A model generated the notes under the pieces. That model was not told the DNA's origin and ran no database searches. It saw only the letters and a list, made by a program, of their open reading frames with translations. A stretch of DNA of 64,000 bases from a virus (lineage: Duplodnaviria > Heunggongvirae > Uroviricota > Caudoviricetes), in IMG/VR virus record IMGVR_UViG_3300050821_002544. The stretch is one strand, 5' to 3'. This document shows, in pieces, positions 1 to 9,339 of this stretch. Position 1 is the stretch's first letter; every line of letters begins with the position of its first letter. The position numbers were made by a program, and so were the translations under genes.

Positions 1-151
1 GACCCTGTTTATGAAGAATATGAGCAGATTGATAGAGCACATTCTCTTTCTTCGCCGCAACACCAATACGAGTTAGTGTTTCGCGGACCTTAAGGAAGTC
101 ATCAGGCTTGTTGAGTGTTACCTCGACGCCCACACCATTGAAGATTGTCAT
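1..151 (-). CDS. regA: Translational repressor RegA (N-terminal part; gene continues beyond window start)
   Basis: Minus-strand translation from the ATG at 151-149 gives MTIFNGVGVEVTLNKPDDFLKVRETLTRIGVAAKKENVLYQSAHILHKQG. This closely matches the T4 RegA N-terminus (...ITLKKPEDFLKVKETLTRMGIANNKDKVLYQSCHIL...). Position after gp62 fits T4 synteny. Confidence 0.8.
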   Translation of the reverse strand, partial: MTIFNGVGVEVTLNKPDDFLKVRETLTRIGVAAKKENVLYQSAHILHKQG

Positions 152-153
152 GA

Positions 154-531
154 TTATTCACCTGTATCTGTTCTCATTTTTATAAAGGTGATTTGTTCTT
201 CGGTAAGAAGTTTCATAGCCTCCATCGCTCTGCGATCCGAGTAACCATAATATGTCTTCACTGCATCTAAATCTTCTACCTTTATAGGTTTTGACCACTT
301 TATGAAAGCACGCTTTCTAGGTCTAACAGTATTTAGATAAAAATCTATCTGAGGCTTCTTGTCCAATTGACTATATAGATTCATTTCATTCGCATAGAAT
401 AAAGAATCCTGGTGCATGGATAATGCACGATTTACCATGAAAGGTAAGTAGGCTTTTTGAGCTTCGGGATCTTCAAAGGTCTTGGCTTTATTCCACAGAA
501 TGCCGCCTATAATATCTTTAAAAAGATCCAA
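154..531 (-). CDS. 62: Clamp-loader small subunit gp62
   Basis: 125 aa. Has MDLFKD..., FMVNRALS, YANEMNL and PRKRAFIKWSK motifs resembling T4 gp62 as I recall it. Lies directly downstream of gp44. Stop TAA at 156-154 is 2 nt from the regA ATG. Confidence 0.7.
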   Translation of the reverse strand: MDLFKDIIGGILWNKAKTFEDPEAQKAYLPFMVNRALSMHQDSLFYANEMNLYSQLDKKPQIDFYLNTVRPRKRAFIKWSKPIKVEDLDAVKTYYGYSDRRAMEAMKLLTEEQITFIKMRTDTGE

Positions 532-754
532 GAATCCACTCCCCTACTTCGCCTTTATCTGATTTTTTTATTAGATAAGCTTTAATAAAATATTCAGCAG
601 CAGGTTTATCAATAAACTTTTGAACATGATTTGGTTCTACATCAGTATTCCAATGTTTGTAGGCAACCTGATGTTCTGTATCAAAACATTCTATATGCCA
701 ACATTCTTCATTAATCGATCTTACTGCTCTATATTGCATCATTTTTAAATTCAC
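518..754 (-). CDS. Hypothetical protein (78 aa) inserted between gp44 and gp62
   Basis: Complete ORF overlapping the ends of both neighbours. Cys/His-containing; no recognisable motif. Confidence 0.35.
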   Translation of the reverse strand: MNLKMMQYRAVRSINEECWHIECFDTEHQVAYKHWNTDVEPNHVQKFIDKPAAEYFIKAYLIKKSDKGEVGEWILGSF

Positions 755-1676
755 ATTCTACCATTAATTCTGTTAAGAATGCCATCATATTGATTTCTTG
801 ATCGACTACAAACGCTGCTTGATACTGATATCTACCCATTAGTACTACAGCAGGTGGAATTGATTTTGGTTGAAATATTCCTACCATACCATCATAGATA
901 TCACGCATAATCTTACTAGAATCTGCATCAGAATTCTCACCCACCCACTTACGGACAGATTTAAAGTCCTTCATTCTAAGATGTCCTACTAATTCAGTAA
1001 TCTGTACATTACTTAGTTGTGTAAGAATGCCTACATCAATTTCACCAGAAGTAGAATAATGTTGAAGTTCTCCTAGAATACGGCGATAGTCAGGAAAGAA
1101 TTTCATAATGAGTTCTATGAGAACTGGTCTTTTATATGCTATCTTTTCTGTAGAAAGAATGTGTTCTATACGGGCAAGAAACAACGTTGCCATCTTTGCC
1201 TTGTCAGCACCATTCAATTTAAAATTGATGACCGGACAACGAGAATGTATTGCTTCCGCAATACGATTAATAAAATTACAGGTAAAGATAAATGAGCAAT
1301 TGTCTGCTACTTCTTCTATAACGCCACGTAAGCCTAACTGAGTCGCACTAGATAGATTATCTGCTTCATCTACGATGACAACCTTACGACCACCTGTGAG
1401 GCTTACAGACGTTGCAAATCCATGAATTTCAACACGTAGAGTATCAATACCAGACTTAAGAGAACCGTTAATTAGAATATAATCTGCACCAATCTGCTCA
1501 CACATTGCAATTGCAACAGTAGTCTTACCAATTCCAGAAGTGCCAGTAAGAATAAGGTTTGGAATCTTTTCAGCTTTTACGTAATCTAAAAATGGCTTCT
1601 TAAGATGTTCAGGTAGAATACATTCGGTAATAGTTCTTGGACGATATTTCTCAACCCAAAGAAATTTATCATTCAT
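729..1676 (-). CDS. 44: Clamp-loader large subunit gp44 (AAA+ ATPase)
   Basis: Walker A LILTGTSGIGKTT and DEAD-like VVIVDEADNL. N-terminal FLWVEKYRP is the conserved clamp-loader start, so the start is placed at MNDKF (ATG 1676-1674) rather than the ORF-track start at 1712. The ATGAATGA arrangement overlaps the upstream stop. Confidence 0.9.
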   Translation of the reverse strand: MNDKFLWVEKYRPRTITECILPEHLKKPFLDYVKAEKIPNLILTGTSGIGKTTVAIAMCEQIGADYILINGSLKSGIDTLRVEIHGFATSVSLTGGRKVVIVDEADNLSSATQLGLRGVIEEVADNCSFIFTCNFINRIAEAIHSRCPVINFKLNGADKAKMATLFLARIEHILSTEKIAYKRPVLIELIMKFFPDYRRILGELQHYSTSGEIDVGILTQLSNVQITELVGHLRMKDFKSVRKWVGENSDADSSKIMRDIYDGMVGIFQPKSIPPAVVLMGRYQYQAAFVVDQEINMMAFLTELMVECEFKNDAI

Positions 1677-2037
1677 GTGTATGCTCAAACTCCGCAGAAG
1701 GACCAGTATCAATTACCAGCTTATCACCAACAACATTCAGTTGTTTCTCAAACAAGATAGTTCCACCATTATCTCTAACGTTACCATCCTTATACTTTGT
1801 CCAGAAGTTGACTCGTAGATTGTTATTCTTACCAGGATATTTCTTATTCTGTTCTTCAATATGTTGAACAAGCTTATCAATACCCGGATCTACCAACAAT
1901 TCTGTTAGATAAGTCTTTTGCGCACTCATTCTACCTTCAAGAAGAAATGGCTCACCAACCGGTGCTTCTCTTGCAGAGGGAAATATAGGAAGTGCCTGAA
2001 ACTCTTCCACCTTAAACGTATGCTTATTAAAATTCAT
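1669..2037 (-). CDS. Hypothetical protein (122 aa) between gp45 and gp44
   Basis: Complete ORF with a 1-nt overlap to gp45 at 2037 and stop coupling to the gp44 start. No T4 counterpart at this position. Confidence 0.45.
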   Translation of the reverse strand: MNFNKHTFKVEEFQALPIFPSAREAPVGEPFLLEGRMSAQKTYLTELLVDPGIDKLVQHIEEQNKKYPGKNNNLRVNFWTKYKDGNVRDNGGTILFEKQLNVVGDKLVIDTGPSAEFEHTHE

Positions 2038-2738
2038 TACTTTCCTTCAAACTTAGAAGTCTTCTCAAGAGAGATCCAATAAAGAATCTTCTTATCTTTA
2101 TGAATAAACTTAGAAATACCGTTTCTAGAAATGAATACATCATATGCACCAGAAAGAATCTTCAGATTCTCAATCTTCAAGACGGCAGTAAATTCCAATG
2201 TATTAACACCAGCAATAGTTACAGATGCATCGTCTACAATAAGACCTTTAACATCTAATGCGGCTAATTCTAACGGACGAGAATCTGTCTTTGGATCATA
2301 TTCTCCAGAACGGATAATAATCTCAGGACACTTAAGAATAGATGCTACCGAAAAAATCCAATTATGGATTTCTGGTGTGAGAACAAAATTCACATCAAAT
2401 GTTGATATATTGATTGTCTTACCGACACGATCATGACCAAAAATCAAATTGATTGCCGTAAATCGTTGTCGGATTTTACCAAGTCCTGAGAAAGTAAGAA
2501 ATTCCTTTTCTATCTTAATTTCAGGAGTCACGCCTTTTGTCATCGACAAAAGACCAAGAGTTTTATTTAGATCATAGATTCCAAATTCTGACTCAAACTC
2601 TTCATCAATCTGTGCTTCTGCCATAATGGCACGATTATTAGAAAGTGTTCTTAATACTTTCCCTGGCTTGACAATAAGCCCTTGATTGATCGTGGAGAAA
2701 TTCTTTAGAATTTCTACCGTACTTTCACTTAATTTCAT
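2037..2738 (-). CDS. 45: Sliding clamp gp45
   Basis: MKLSESTVEILKNFSTINQGLIVKPG resembles the T4 gp45 N-terminus MKLSKDTTALLKNFATINSGIMLKSG. 233 aa. Synteny 45-44-62-regA is preserved. Confidence 0.88.
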   Translation of the reverse strand: MKLSESTVEILKNFSTINQGLIVKPGKVLRTLSNNRAIMAEAQIDEEFESEFGIYDLNKTLGLLSMTKGVTPEIKIEKEFLTFSGLGKIRQRFTAINLIFGHDRVGKTINISTFDVNFVLTPEIHNWIFSVASILKCPEIIIRSGEYDPKTDSRPLELAALDVKGLIVDDASVTIAGVNTLEFTAVLKIENLKILSGAYDVFISRNGISKFIHKDKKILYWISLEKTSKFEGK

Positions 2739-2753
2739 AGTATAACCTCAGTA

Positions 2754-3407
2754 TTAGAGGCTTACAGTATACGCCTTACTTCTATAAGAGTCAACCAGTT
2801 TGTCAACCTTAATTTCTAGCTCAGCAAGAGTACCTTCATTTGTAATACATTCTGTAATCAAATCGTGACCGCACCAGTCCCATTCCGAAACATGAACATT
2901 ATCATATGGTTCTACATCCATGGATTCATGACGAGGTAGATCAAGTTGATTATTAGTAGCACATGCACGATCATACCACAGTGGTTCATGACCACGTTTG
3001 ATACGAACTACTACTCCACCGAGTTTATGAATAAACTCAATTTCGTTCTTAAAACGAACATCTGTTATTACATAATCTTTAGATAGATCAAGTCTTCGCT
3101 CAAGAGCGTATAACCAGATATCTTTATGGAATACATTGCGTCCTGCTTCTGTTCCCATTAACTGTAATGCTCTACGAGGCGTCATAGAACCAATACGTTT
3201 TGTCCAAAATGGTTCTTCCTGATCCCTTGCAAGACGAGACCAGGCTTCTGATCCCTCTAACATTTCACGATCCCATCCAAAGATAGTTGCAACACAATCC
3301 TTAAGAGGATTTGCATATGCATCTTTCTTAAAACCATACTTATTTACAAGTATATCACCCACAGTTCCTTTACCAGAACCAATAAACCCAACCATACCAA
3401 TTAGCAT
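2754..3407 (-). CDS. Deoxynucleoside-monophosphate kinase-like P-loop kinase
   Basis: P-loop GFIGSGKGTVGDIL, and RRALQLMGTEAGRNVF / DVRFKNEIEF motifs typical of the phage dNMP-kinase family. Confidence 0.6.
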   Translation of the reverse strand: MLIGMVGFIGSGKGTVGDILVNKYGFKKDAYANPLKDCVATIFGWDREMLEGSEAWSRLARDQEEPFWTKRIGSMTPRRALQLMGTEAGRNVFHKDIWLYALERRLDLSKDYVITDVRFKNEIEFIHKLGGVVVRIKRGHEPLWYDRACATNNQLDLPRHESMDVEPYDNVHVSEWDWCGHDLITECITNEGTLAELEIKVDKLVDSYRSKAYTVSL

Positions 3408-3410
3408 AAT

Positions 3411-3626
3411 TTAATCAACTCTCACTATCTGTAATGCTTCCAATTTAGAAAAATCAGGAATCATATTACCATTATAAATCAATCGCCATGTACCATCTTT
3501 CATTTGGTCAAAATGAATCATATTAGAATTTGTCTTAATGGCAGTTGCCTTAGACAATATTAATTCCTGATCCAGACCAACAAGCTTAATAGATCGCTTA
3601 ACCATTCTGTCTTTCAATAACTTCAA
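3411..3626 (-). CDS. Hypothetical protein (71 aa)
   Basis: Small minus-strand ORF in a tightly packed array. Confidence 0.4.
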   Translation of the reverse strand: MKLLKDRMVKRSIKLVGLDQELILSKATAIKTNSNMIHFDQMKDGTWRLIYNGNMIPDFSKLEALQIVRVD

Positions 3627-3816
3627 GTTTCATAGTGCTAGTAACATACACAATCTTGCTTTCTCCACCACGAAGTAAACCCTGACTTAATTTATGAATA
3701 GACGATACTAAAGGATTACCACCTTTTTCTTGAGGATGATATGAATCCTCTGATATAATCTCAACTACCGCATTTTGCCTAGTATCTTCATTCTTGATAG
3801 AAATATGAATCGTCAT
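3598..3816 (-). CDS. Hypothetical protein (72 aa)
   Basis: Small minus-strand ORF, overlaps neighbours by a few codons. Confidence 0.4.
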   Translation of the reverse strand: MTIHISIKNEDTRQNAVVEIISEDSYHPQEKGGNPLVSSIHKLSQGLLRGGESKIVYVTSTMKLEVIERQNG

Positions 3817-3817
3817 A

Positions 3818-4675
3818 TTATAACGCTCCTACGTATTGTGCTACTGCATTCATATCACCATGGAATGCATATGTTCCAACATGATGAGTCTTCATCCATG
3901 GACATAGATAAATCTTTCCACCCATATTTCTCCATTGCTGGCAGAAGAAATAATCTTCTGATAGATAACGATCAGAGCCACCAACCTGCTTATCTGTCCC
4001 ATCTTCTAATGTAATTGTTCTTGCACGATCTACAATACAATCAAAATATGCATGAATATAACGAGTTCCATCAAAATTCGCTTGACCTACATGGTCTGGT
4101 TTATATGAATAATGAGGATATTGTGTTGCCCACTTAGGGAATACTTCTCTCTTAATCATCATGAAACCAGTTCCTAGTTCCATTACTTCTAGTGGCTCAC
4201 CCACTGCAAACTGACCAGTTCCAGCAACTGCATTGAATACATAATCACCAGTAACTTTCTCTAATTCTGCTGGAGTAATATCTGGCTTGCGCTTTAATGC
4301 CTCAATAACAGAACCCCATTTAATAGATTTCTTAGGATATGGTGCACCTATGACTTCCTTATCCAATGCAAGCATTGCAATAACGTCACGAGGATCGAAA
4401 TGGATATCTGCATCAAGAAACAAAAGATGCGTCATCGGAGAACGCAAAAACTCATCGCAAAGATAATTTCTTGCACGAGTTATTAGAGATTCATTAAAGA
4501 TGAATGAGAAACGGCATTCAATACCGTATTGAGCGCAAATACCTTGAAGGTCAAGGCAGGACTTCATATACATTCCGTTACAGCTACCCCCATACATTGG
4601 GGTCGCCACAAAAAGTTTGCGTTTTCTTAATTCTTCTACAGAAATTTCCAATTGCATTTTATAATCCTCATTCAA
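3818..4675 (-). CDS. Putative GT-A fold glycosyltransferase
   Basis: 285 aa. N-terminal FVATPMYGG resembles the GT2-type start; a DxD motif sits in LLFLDADIHFDP. Confidence 0.5.
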   Translation of the reverse strand: MNEDYKMQLEISVEELRKRKLFVATPMYGGSCNGMYMKSCLDLQGICAQYGIECRFSFIFNESLITRARNYLCDEFLRSPMTHLLFLDADIHFDPRDVIAMLALDKEVIGAPYPKKSIKWGSVIEALKRKPDITPAELEKVTGDYVFNAVAGTGQFAVGEPLEVMELGTGFMMIKREVFPKWATQYPHYSYKPDHVGQANFDGTRYIHAYFDCIVDRARTITLEDGTDKQVGGSDRYLSEDYFFCQQWRNMGGKIYLCPWMKTHHVGTYAFHGDMNAVAQYVGAL

Positions 4676-4706
4676 TCTAATATAGGGAAGGGTCGTTTTA
4701 TATAGT

Positions 4707-4745
4707 CATCCTCATAGGATAGAAGCACAAAAGGGAAGAGGAATT
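4707..4745 (-). terminator. Hairpin terminator downstream of the HTH gene
   Basis: Imperfect dyad aagggaagagg...ttccctcttccct followed by a T-rich tract on the minus strand. Confidence 0.4.
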
Positions 4746-4785
4746 TTATTCCCTCTTCCCTCTTATTTCTTACTTTATAGTAAGA

Positions 4786-5076
4786 TTATGCCGCACGCTT
4801 AGAAAGCGACTTCACAGCGATAGCTGTGCGACCGGCATTCAGATTGCGTAGGAAACGCTCGCTAGGAGTACCTAGACGATAAAAGCTGATCTTACGACCA
4901 TCTTCTAGAGTCTTAGTATTCGTATAGATGGAGAAACCATCCTGACGCAACTCGTTAATACGAGCAGACACATTCACAATACCGAAACGTGCCTGTGCTT
5001 GCGCGACAGTCAACGTGTTGTATACTGGGTTGAAAAAATAGTTCAACAACTTTGATCTTACAGACAACTTACTCAT
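4786..5076 (-). CDS. Putative HTH DNA-binding protein (96 aa), GC-elevated gene
   Basis: Helix-turn-helix-like LTVAQAQARFGIVNVSARINELRQDG. The gene is about 50% GC against a window background of about 35%. Confidence 0.5.
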   Translation of the reverse strand: MSKLSVRSKLLNYFFNPVYNTLTVAQAQARFGIVNVSARINELRQDGFSIYTNTKTLEDGRKISFYRLGTPSERFLRNLNAGRTAIAVKSLSKRAA

Positions 5077-5180
5077 TTAAAAACCTCAAATTAAACACTG
5101 CTATTCAAATCATCTTTGGGATGCAGCACTTCCCACTTGAGATACCAGTATACAGTACTGTTCTTTAATTGTCAAGTAAA

Positions 5181-6788
5181 TCAAACTATTGGACGATAAT
5201 CCTGATTAATCCCCGAATTATGGTCAGCCTTTGCCTTATTAGCACCTACCAGAAGATCAAGAAATTGACCTTCATTTTTTTCAGCAAATGAGCTAATAGC
5301 ATTATTACTAATGCGGCTTTCCTTGCCATGACTCGATACAACATAATCACTTGTAACTTCATCATATGTCACAGAAACGATAGTATTATACTTTGTAGAG
5401 ACTTCGAACAAAGTTTTAGGACTTGCAAATTTTGGCAATTGCGCTGGTGACGGAACTTTTGCCTTTGTGGCAAAACGGTTCGAATCAGGCTTTACTGCCG
5501 CAGGAATATTAAAAGTAGAATTATTTGATGAAGATGGAGCAACCGCATTAATTGAGGGAGGACCACCGGCTACAGGCGTAGTAGTTGCCTTTGTCTTTGC
5601 CGATGCATTCTTAAGAATGGTAGCAAAATCATCAGGAGATTGAGATGTAGATGATACCGTTGCAGCAACATTTATCCCATCATCGAATTTATTGTACAAA
5701 TCAAGAAAACTACGTTTTGTTTCTGTATCAAAACGATTCAAACACAATTCTACGGCAATCTGACGATCTTCAAAAATCGAATATGCCTTAGTAATATGTG
5801 TAAGACGACGAGTAGAAATGATTTCATCAATTCCACCATCTGCAAAAAGCTTACGAATGTTTCCAGCCCAATCAATCAGAATATCGATAAACGGAGCATC
5901 ATCAATAGACAAACTATTAAACAATCGTGCAAGAATATTACGTTCTGCTTTTGCATCCGGATATTCCTGTTCGACAGTAATTGCAAAACGCTCAAGGAAC
6001 GCTTCATTCAATGTATTAGTTCCAATAAAACGACCGTCTTCGCTACCCTTTCCTTTAGTGTTAGCAGTCGCCATAATATTAAAACCCTCAACCGGATGAA
6101 CAACTTCGCCCGTTCTCTTATTGAAGTATGGCTTGCCCTCTAGAATGGGTTGTAAGCAAAGGAGACGTTCAGTGCCAAGGTCAGTTTCATCAAGCAATAG
6201 AATTGCACCCCTACGCATTGCGGTGATAACCGGACCCTCACGCGGGACCGTATTACCATCCACCAAATCACTAGAACCAATTAGATCAAATTCATCCGTA
6301 TCTTTTGTAATATTCACACGGATATATTCACGCCCAATATTGGCACAAACCTGTTCTACCATCAATGTCTTACCATTGCCAGAAAGACCAGTAATATAGA
6401 CAGGATAAAAAATCTTCGATTCTATGATCTTCTTTAGTTTATTATAAAAACCGAATGGAACATATAGCGGGTCTTTTTCAGGAATAAGACTACCTTCAAT
6501 ATTCGAAGCAAGTACTTTTTGTACTGCCTCAGAAATAGGGGTTACGGTTGCCAATGTATCATCCTTTTGAGAAACTGTATCTTCATCTGCCGCGACGCGG
6601 TATTTACCAAATCCCTCTTCGAATTTTTTGGTAAAAATGAATTTAGGATACGGAAGCTTATTTGCTTTCACGTATTCATTAATCTGACGTTTAGAAACTA
6701 CCGAAATTTGATAAAATTCAGCAATACCATTACAGAACTCGGCTTGCTCAGAAGTCAGTTCTATACCTTTAATCTTCACTTTATTCAT
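5181..6788 (-). CDS. cobS: MoxR/CobS-like AAA+ (AAA_5) ATPase with Ser/Thr/Pro-rich C-terminal extension
   Basis: Walker A ITGLSGNGKTLMV and Walker B ILLLDETDLG. The first ATG of the ORF-track ORF (6797) overlaps the -10 TATAAT, so the start is placed at MNKVKIKG (6788), 7 nt after the -10. Confidence 0.75.
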   Translation of the reverse strand: MNKVKIKGIELTSEQAEFCNGIAEFYQISVVSKRQINEYVKANKLPYPKFIFTKKFEEGFGKYRVAADEDTVSQKDDTLATVTPISEAVQKVLASNIEGSLIPEKDPLYVPFGFYNKLKKIIESKIFYPVYITGLSGNGKTLMVEQVCANIGREYIRVNITKDTDEFDLIGSSDLVDGNTVPREGPVITAMRRGAILLLDETDLGTERLLCLQPILEGKPYFNKRTGEVVHPVEGFNIMATANTKGKGSEDGRFIGTNTLNEAFLERFAITVEQEYPDAKAERNILARLFNSLSIDDAPFIDILIDWAGNIRKLFADGGIDEIISTRRLTHITKAYSIFEDRQIAVELCLNRFDTETKRSFLDLYNKFDDGINVAATVSSTSQSPDDFATILKNASAKTKATTTPVAGGPPSINAVAPSSSNNSTFNIPAAVKPDSNRFATKAKVPSPAQLPKFASPKTLFEVSTKYNTIVSVTYDEVTSDYVVSSHGKESRISNNAISSFAEKNEGQFLDLLVGANKAKADHNSGINQDYRPIV

Positions 6789-6795
6789 ACCTGAC

Positions 6796-6801
6796 ATTAT
6801 A
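6796..6801 (-). promoter_or_regulatory. -10 box TATAAT of cobS promoter (TGTATAAT, leaderless arrangement)
   Basis: Minus-strand gctgTATAATgtcaggtATG. Confidence 0.5.
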
Positions 6802-6842
6802 CAGCATTTCGTTTAGAAGTATAGTATAATATACTTAATAGT

Positions 6843-6870
6843 ATCAATGACTTACATTAAGTACTTGATT
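6843..6870 (-). repeat. PeSL-like stem-loop element copy 1
   Basis: atcaatgacttacattaagtacttgatt; matches the consensus AATCAATGACTTACGCTAA-N5-TGATT. Confidence 0.6.
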
Positions 6871-9286
6871 AGACTGCAATTTCAGATGCAAAGCTTGTTA
6901 CCATCGCACGCTTAGAAGCCTTCTTTCTTTGAATTGCTGCGAATGCCTCACTAATCTGCGCATTAGTTTCTGCTTTACTAAAATCCTTAAATGATATGTC
7001 TTTAATAGACCCAGAAGCAGTCTCAACATAATAATATGAATCATATCCAAGTTTTACAATCTTGAAAAATCCATTCTTATCGATAGATTCATCTATCTGT
7101 GCCATTTTCTCATTAGAGAGATTTTCTTTCTTTGCATAACCTTGCAAGGTACGCTTTTCACCAACAAAGAAACCAATATGAAGACATTCGGTAGTAAGAC
7201 GAATAAGACGAGTCAATGCTGCTTGTACCTGATTGCCAGGACCATTTTCGACCATCACACGAACCTTAGTAATAGGATCAACAAAGCCAATATTGTACTT
7301 ATTACTATTATCCAAATCCATATGCCTATACATATCCGGATATTTAATACTCATACCACCTTCACCATCGGTAAGATAGATTACATTAATAATCTCAGCA
7401 CGAGTCTTTTCCTTAAATGCCTTAATAATCGATCTAGAAGCAATCACAGTCTCAATAAACGGTGTTCCACTAAGATTCATATTACCATTGTGCATACCCA
7501 TACGATAATCATTGAGCAAAAGCTTTTCATTAGGTGTAATAGAATTACTATCTTGTGTCATTGCAAAAACAATCATCATCGCTGCCGCACGATTAAAATT
7601 ACGTGGTGATAAGTCAGAATTAATTAGAGACTTAAGATGAAAAGTCTTACTATTAGGCAAAAATGCAGTAGGTGTCTTTGCTGTAAATTTTTGCTGAGTA
7701 TATTTTGTATCATTCATGTACGTTACAGAAGAATCAGAAAAACCATACACTTCAAAAGGTATACCAACCTTCTTACAAAACATTGCGAGAACAATAGCCT
7801 GTTCCATAGTATTGCGAATTACATCTACCATGGAGATAGACATATCTACAAACATAATCATACCATGGTCTTTGCCTTTCGGCGTATGAACCATCTTACG
7901 AAAAATGTTATTATTAAACTTATATTGCGAAATCTTACGCATATCAAGTTCACCAGTCTTTGACTCAAGCTGACGCGAATATTGATGCGCATTCTTACGC
8001 ATTTCAAATTCTTTTACAAGCAAAGAAATATACTTAATATTTTGCTTATGAAAATTTGCAAGGATTTCCTTTGAAACTAGATCATAATCAACTTTTGAAA
8101 GTGAATCGCGCATAGATTTACGCATAGCAGCTTCAAAAAAATCTACAATAGTTGCATTGGGGATTATAGTCTTCTTGAGGTCACATTCCGGGATATCAAG
8201 AAAAATATAGGGTCGCGCTACCTTATCAATTAACTGTTCTTCATTTTCTCGAAAAGATCGATCCGTGAGAGATTCAGGATCAGGCATTCCTACATCGTAG
8301 GAACCTTCACGACCTACTTGAGAATTGTTCTGATCTTCAAGGTCTTCGCCTTCTTCATCTTCTCCACCAGAATTACCACCGTTCCTATCGTCAGAATCAT
8401 CAGAATCGCTATCGCTTCCACTATCATCAGAATCACCGGAATCGTCGCCATCATCACTATCAACGTCGCTGCTATCCCCATTAGAATCAGAGGAATCATC
8501 GGTATTGTCATTGTCATCAGAAGTATTATCAGAGTCATCAGAACCATCTGAACTGTCCGATTCGTCATTATCATCTTCATCAGTTTTTTCATTTTTCTCA
8601 CTCTTTTTAGATTGGGTTTTATCAGTCTTTTCAGATTTTTCAGATTTTTCTTTAGATTTCTTTGGCTTGCCAGATATAAAATTCTGCATATCTTGCTGAT
8701 TATTAATCTTGTCTTCTTCTTTTTCTTTTACATAATCCCAAATTTTTTGGGTTATTTTTACTACCTCTTCCCATGTTTCGACATTTTCTAGTTCTTTGAC
8801 TAGTACACGTTCTTCATCATTAAATCTAATGGCAACACTAGAACCGCATTTAAATGCGAGATTAATACGATCAAGTAAATTAAGGGGCGAAAAATCATTA
8901 CCAAATTTCTTCACACCAAAGAAATCTCGGTTCAATAAAGTCTTATAACCTGCAATGAATGGTTTACGAATACCCGGAAAACGACGCTTTACTAATTTTT
9001 CTATGCGAGCGTCTTCACAAACATTAAGAAAACCTTGAAATTTAGCGCCCTTCTCTTTTGCTACAGATTCCCATTTTTCACTAGGAGTGTAAAGAGCATG
9101 ACCTATTTCATGTCCCATCAAAAGGTCATAAAGATCGCCTGTCATATCCTGCCAAATAGGGCACGTAAGAATACGTGTCTTCACATTAAAGGATGCAGTC
9201 TTAACAGGCAAATGTAGGACAGTAATGTTTTCCGCTGCTAAGAGCTTAGCAAGCAGAGATTTGCTCTCTGTAAGATTTGTTGACAT
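6869..9286 (-). CDS. cobT: CobT-like protein: N-terminal HExxH region, acidic D/S low-complexity linker, C-terminal VWA domain
   Basis: 805 aa. LLMGHEIGHALYT is an HExxH motif. A roughly 90-aa Asp/Ser/Glu-rich tract follows. MIDAS-like DxSxS in MIMFVDMSISMVD. Adjacent to the AAA_5 ATPase, the usual MoxR-VWA pairing. Confidence 0.65.
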   Translation of the reverse strand: MSTNLTESKSLLAKLLAAENITVLHLPVKTASFNVKTRILTCPIWQDMTGDLYDLLMGHEIGHALYTPSEKWESVAKEKGAKFQGFLNVCEDARIEKLVKRRFPGIRKPFIAGYKTLLNRDFFGVKKFGNDFSPLNLLDRINLAFKCGSSVAIRFNDEERVLVKELENVETWEEVVKITQKIWDYVKEKEEDKINNQQDMQNFISGKPKKSKEKSEKSEKTDKTQSKKSEKNEKTDEDDNDESDSSDGSDDSDNTSDDNDNTDDSSDSNGDSSDVDSDDGDDSGDSDDSGSDSDSDDSDDRNGGNSGGEDEEGEDLEDQNNSQVGREGSYDVGMPDPESLTDRSFRENEEQLIDKVARPYIFLDIPECDLKKTIIPNATIVDFFEAAMRKSMRDSLSKVDYDLVSKEILANFHKQNIKYISLLVKEFEMRKNAHQYSRQLESKTGELDMRKISQYKFNNNIFRKMVHTPKGKDHGMIMFVDMSISMVDVIRNTMEQAIVLAMFCKKVGIPFEVYGFSDSSVTYMNDTKYTQQKFTAKTPTAFLPNSKTFHLKSLINSDLSPRNFNRAAAMMIVFAMTQDSNSITPNEKLLLNDYRMGMHNGNMNLSGTPFIETVIASRSIIKAFKEKTRAEIINVIYLTDGEGGMSIKYPDMYRHMDLDNSNKYNIGFVDPITKVRVMVENGPGNQVQAALTRLIRLTTECLHIGFFVGEKRTLQGYAKKENLSNEKMAQIDESIDKNGFFKIVKLGYDSYYYVETASGSIKDISFKDFSKAETNAQISEAFAAIQRKKASKRAMVTSFASEIAV

Positions 9287-9293
9287 AGCGAGT

Positions 9294-9321
9294 ATTATAC
9301 GCTAATCAAAAAATATAGCAA
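9294..9321 (-). promoter_or_regulatory. Early sigma70-like promoter TTGCTA-N16-TATAAT for the cobT-like gene
   Basis: Minus-strand TTGCTAtattttttgattagcgTATAATactcgctATG. The ATG is 7 nt after the -10, predicting a leaderless mRNA. Confidence 0.6.
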
Positions 9322-9339
9322 TTAGAATAATCCTAATAA

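Noticed and set aside
1108-1341. Plus-strand ORFs lying inside minus-strand genes (e.g. 1108-1341, 2131-2436, 5796-6143, 7142-7609, 21136-21387, 33032-33350, 57479-57772, 61477-61869)
   Set aside because: They are antisense to well-supported genes (gp44, gp45, cobS, cobT-like, gp23, gp17, fibres), have low-complexity or odd composition, and lack start-site signals. They are shadow ORFs.
6869-7400. Calling the cobT-like N-terminus a bona fide zinc metallopeptidase
   Set aside because: Only the HExxH pentapeptide is visible. A single short motif can arise by chance, and the third zinc ligand cannot be assigned by eye. It is kept as a hypothesis in the findings, not as a feature call.
8314-8699. 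ORFs 8314-8601(-), 8318-8551(+), 8505-8699(+) with poly-Ile/Met or poly-Ser/Glu translations
   Set aside because: They are alternative-frame translations of the acidic D/S low-complexity tract of the cobT-like gene, and are artefacts.
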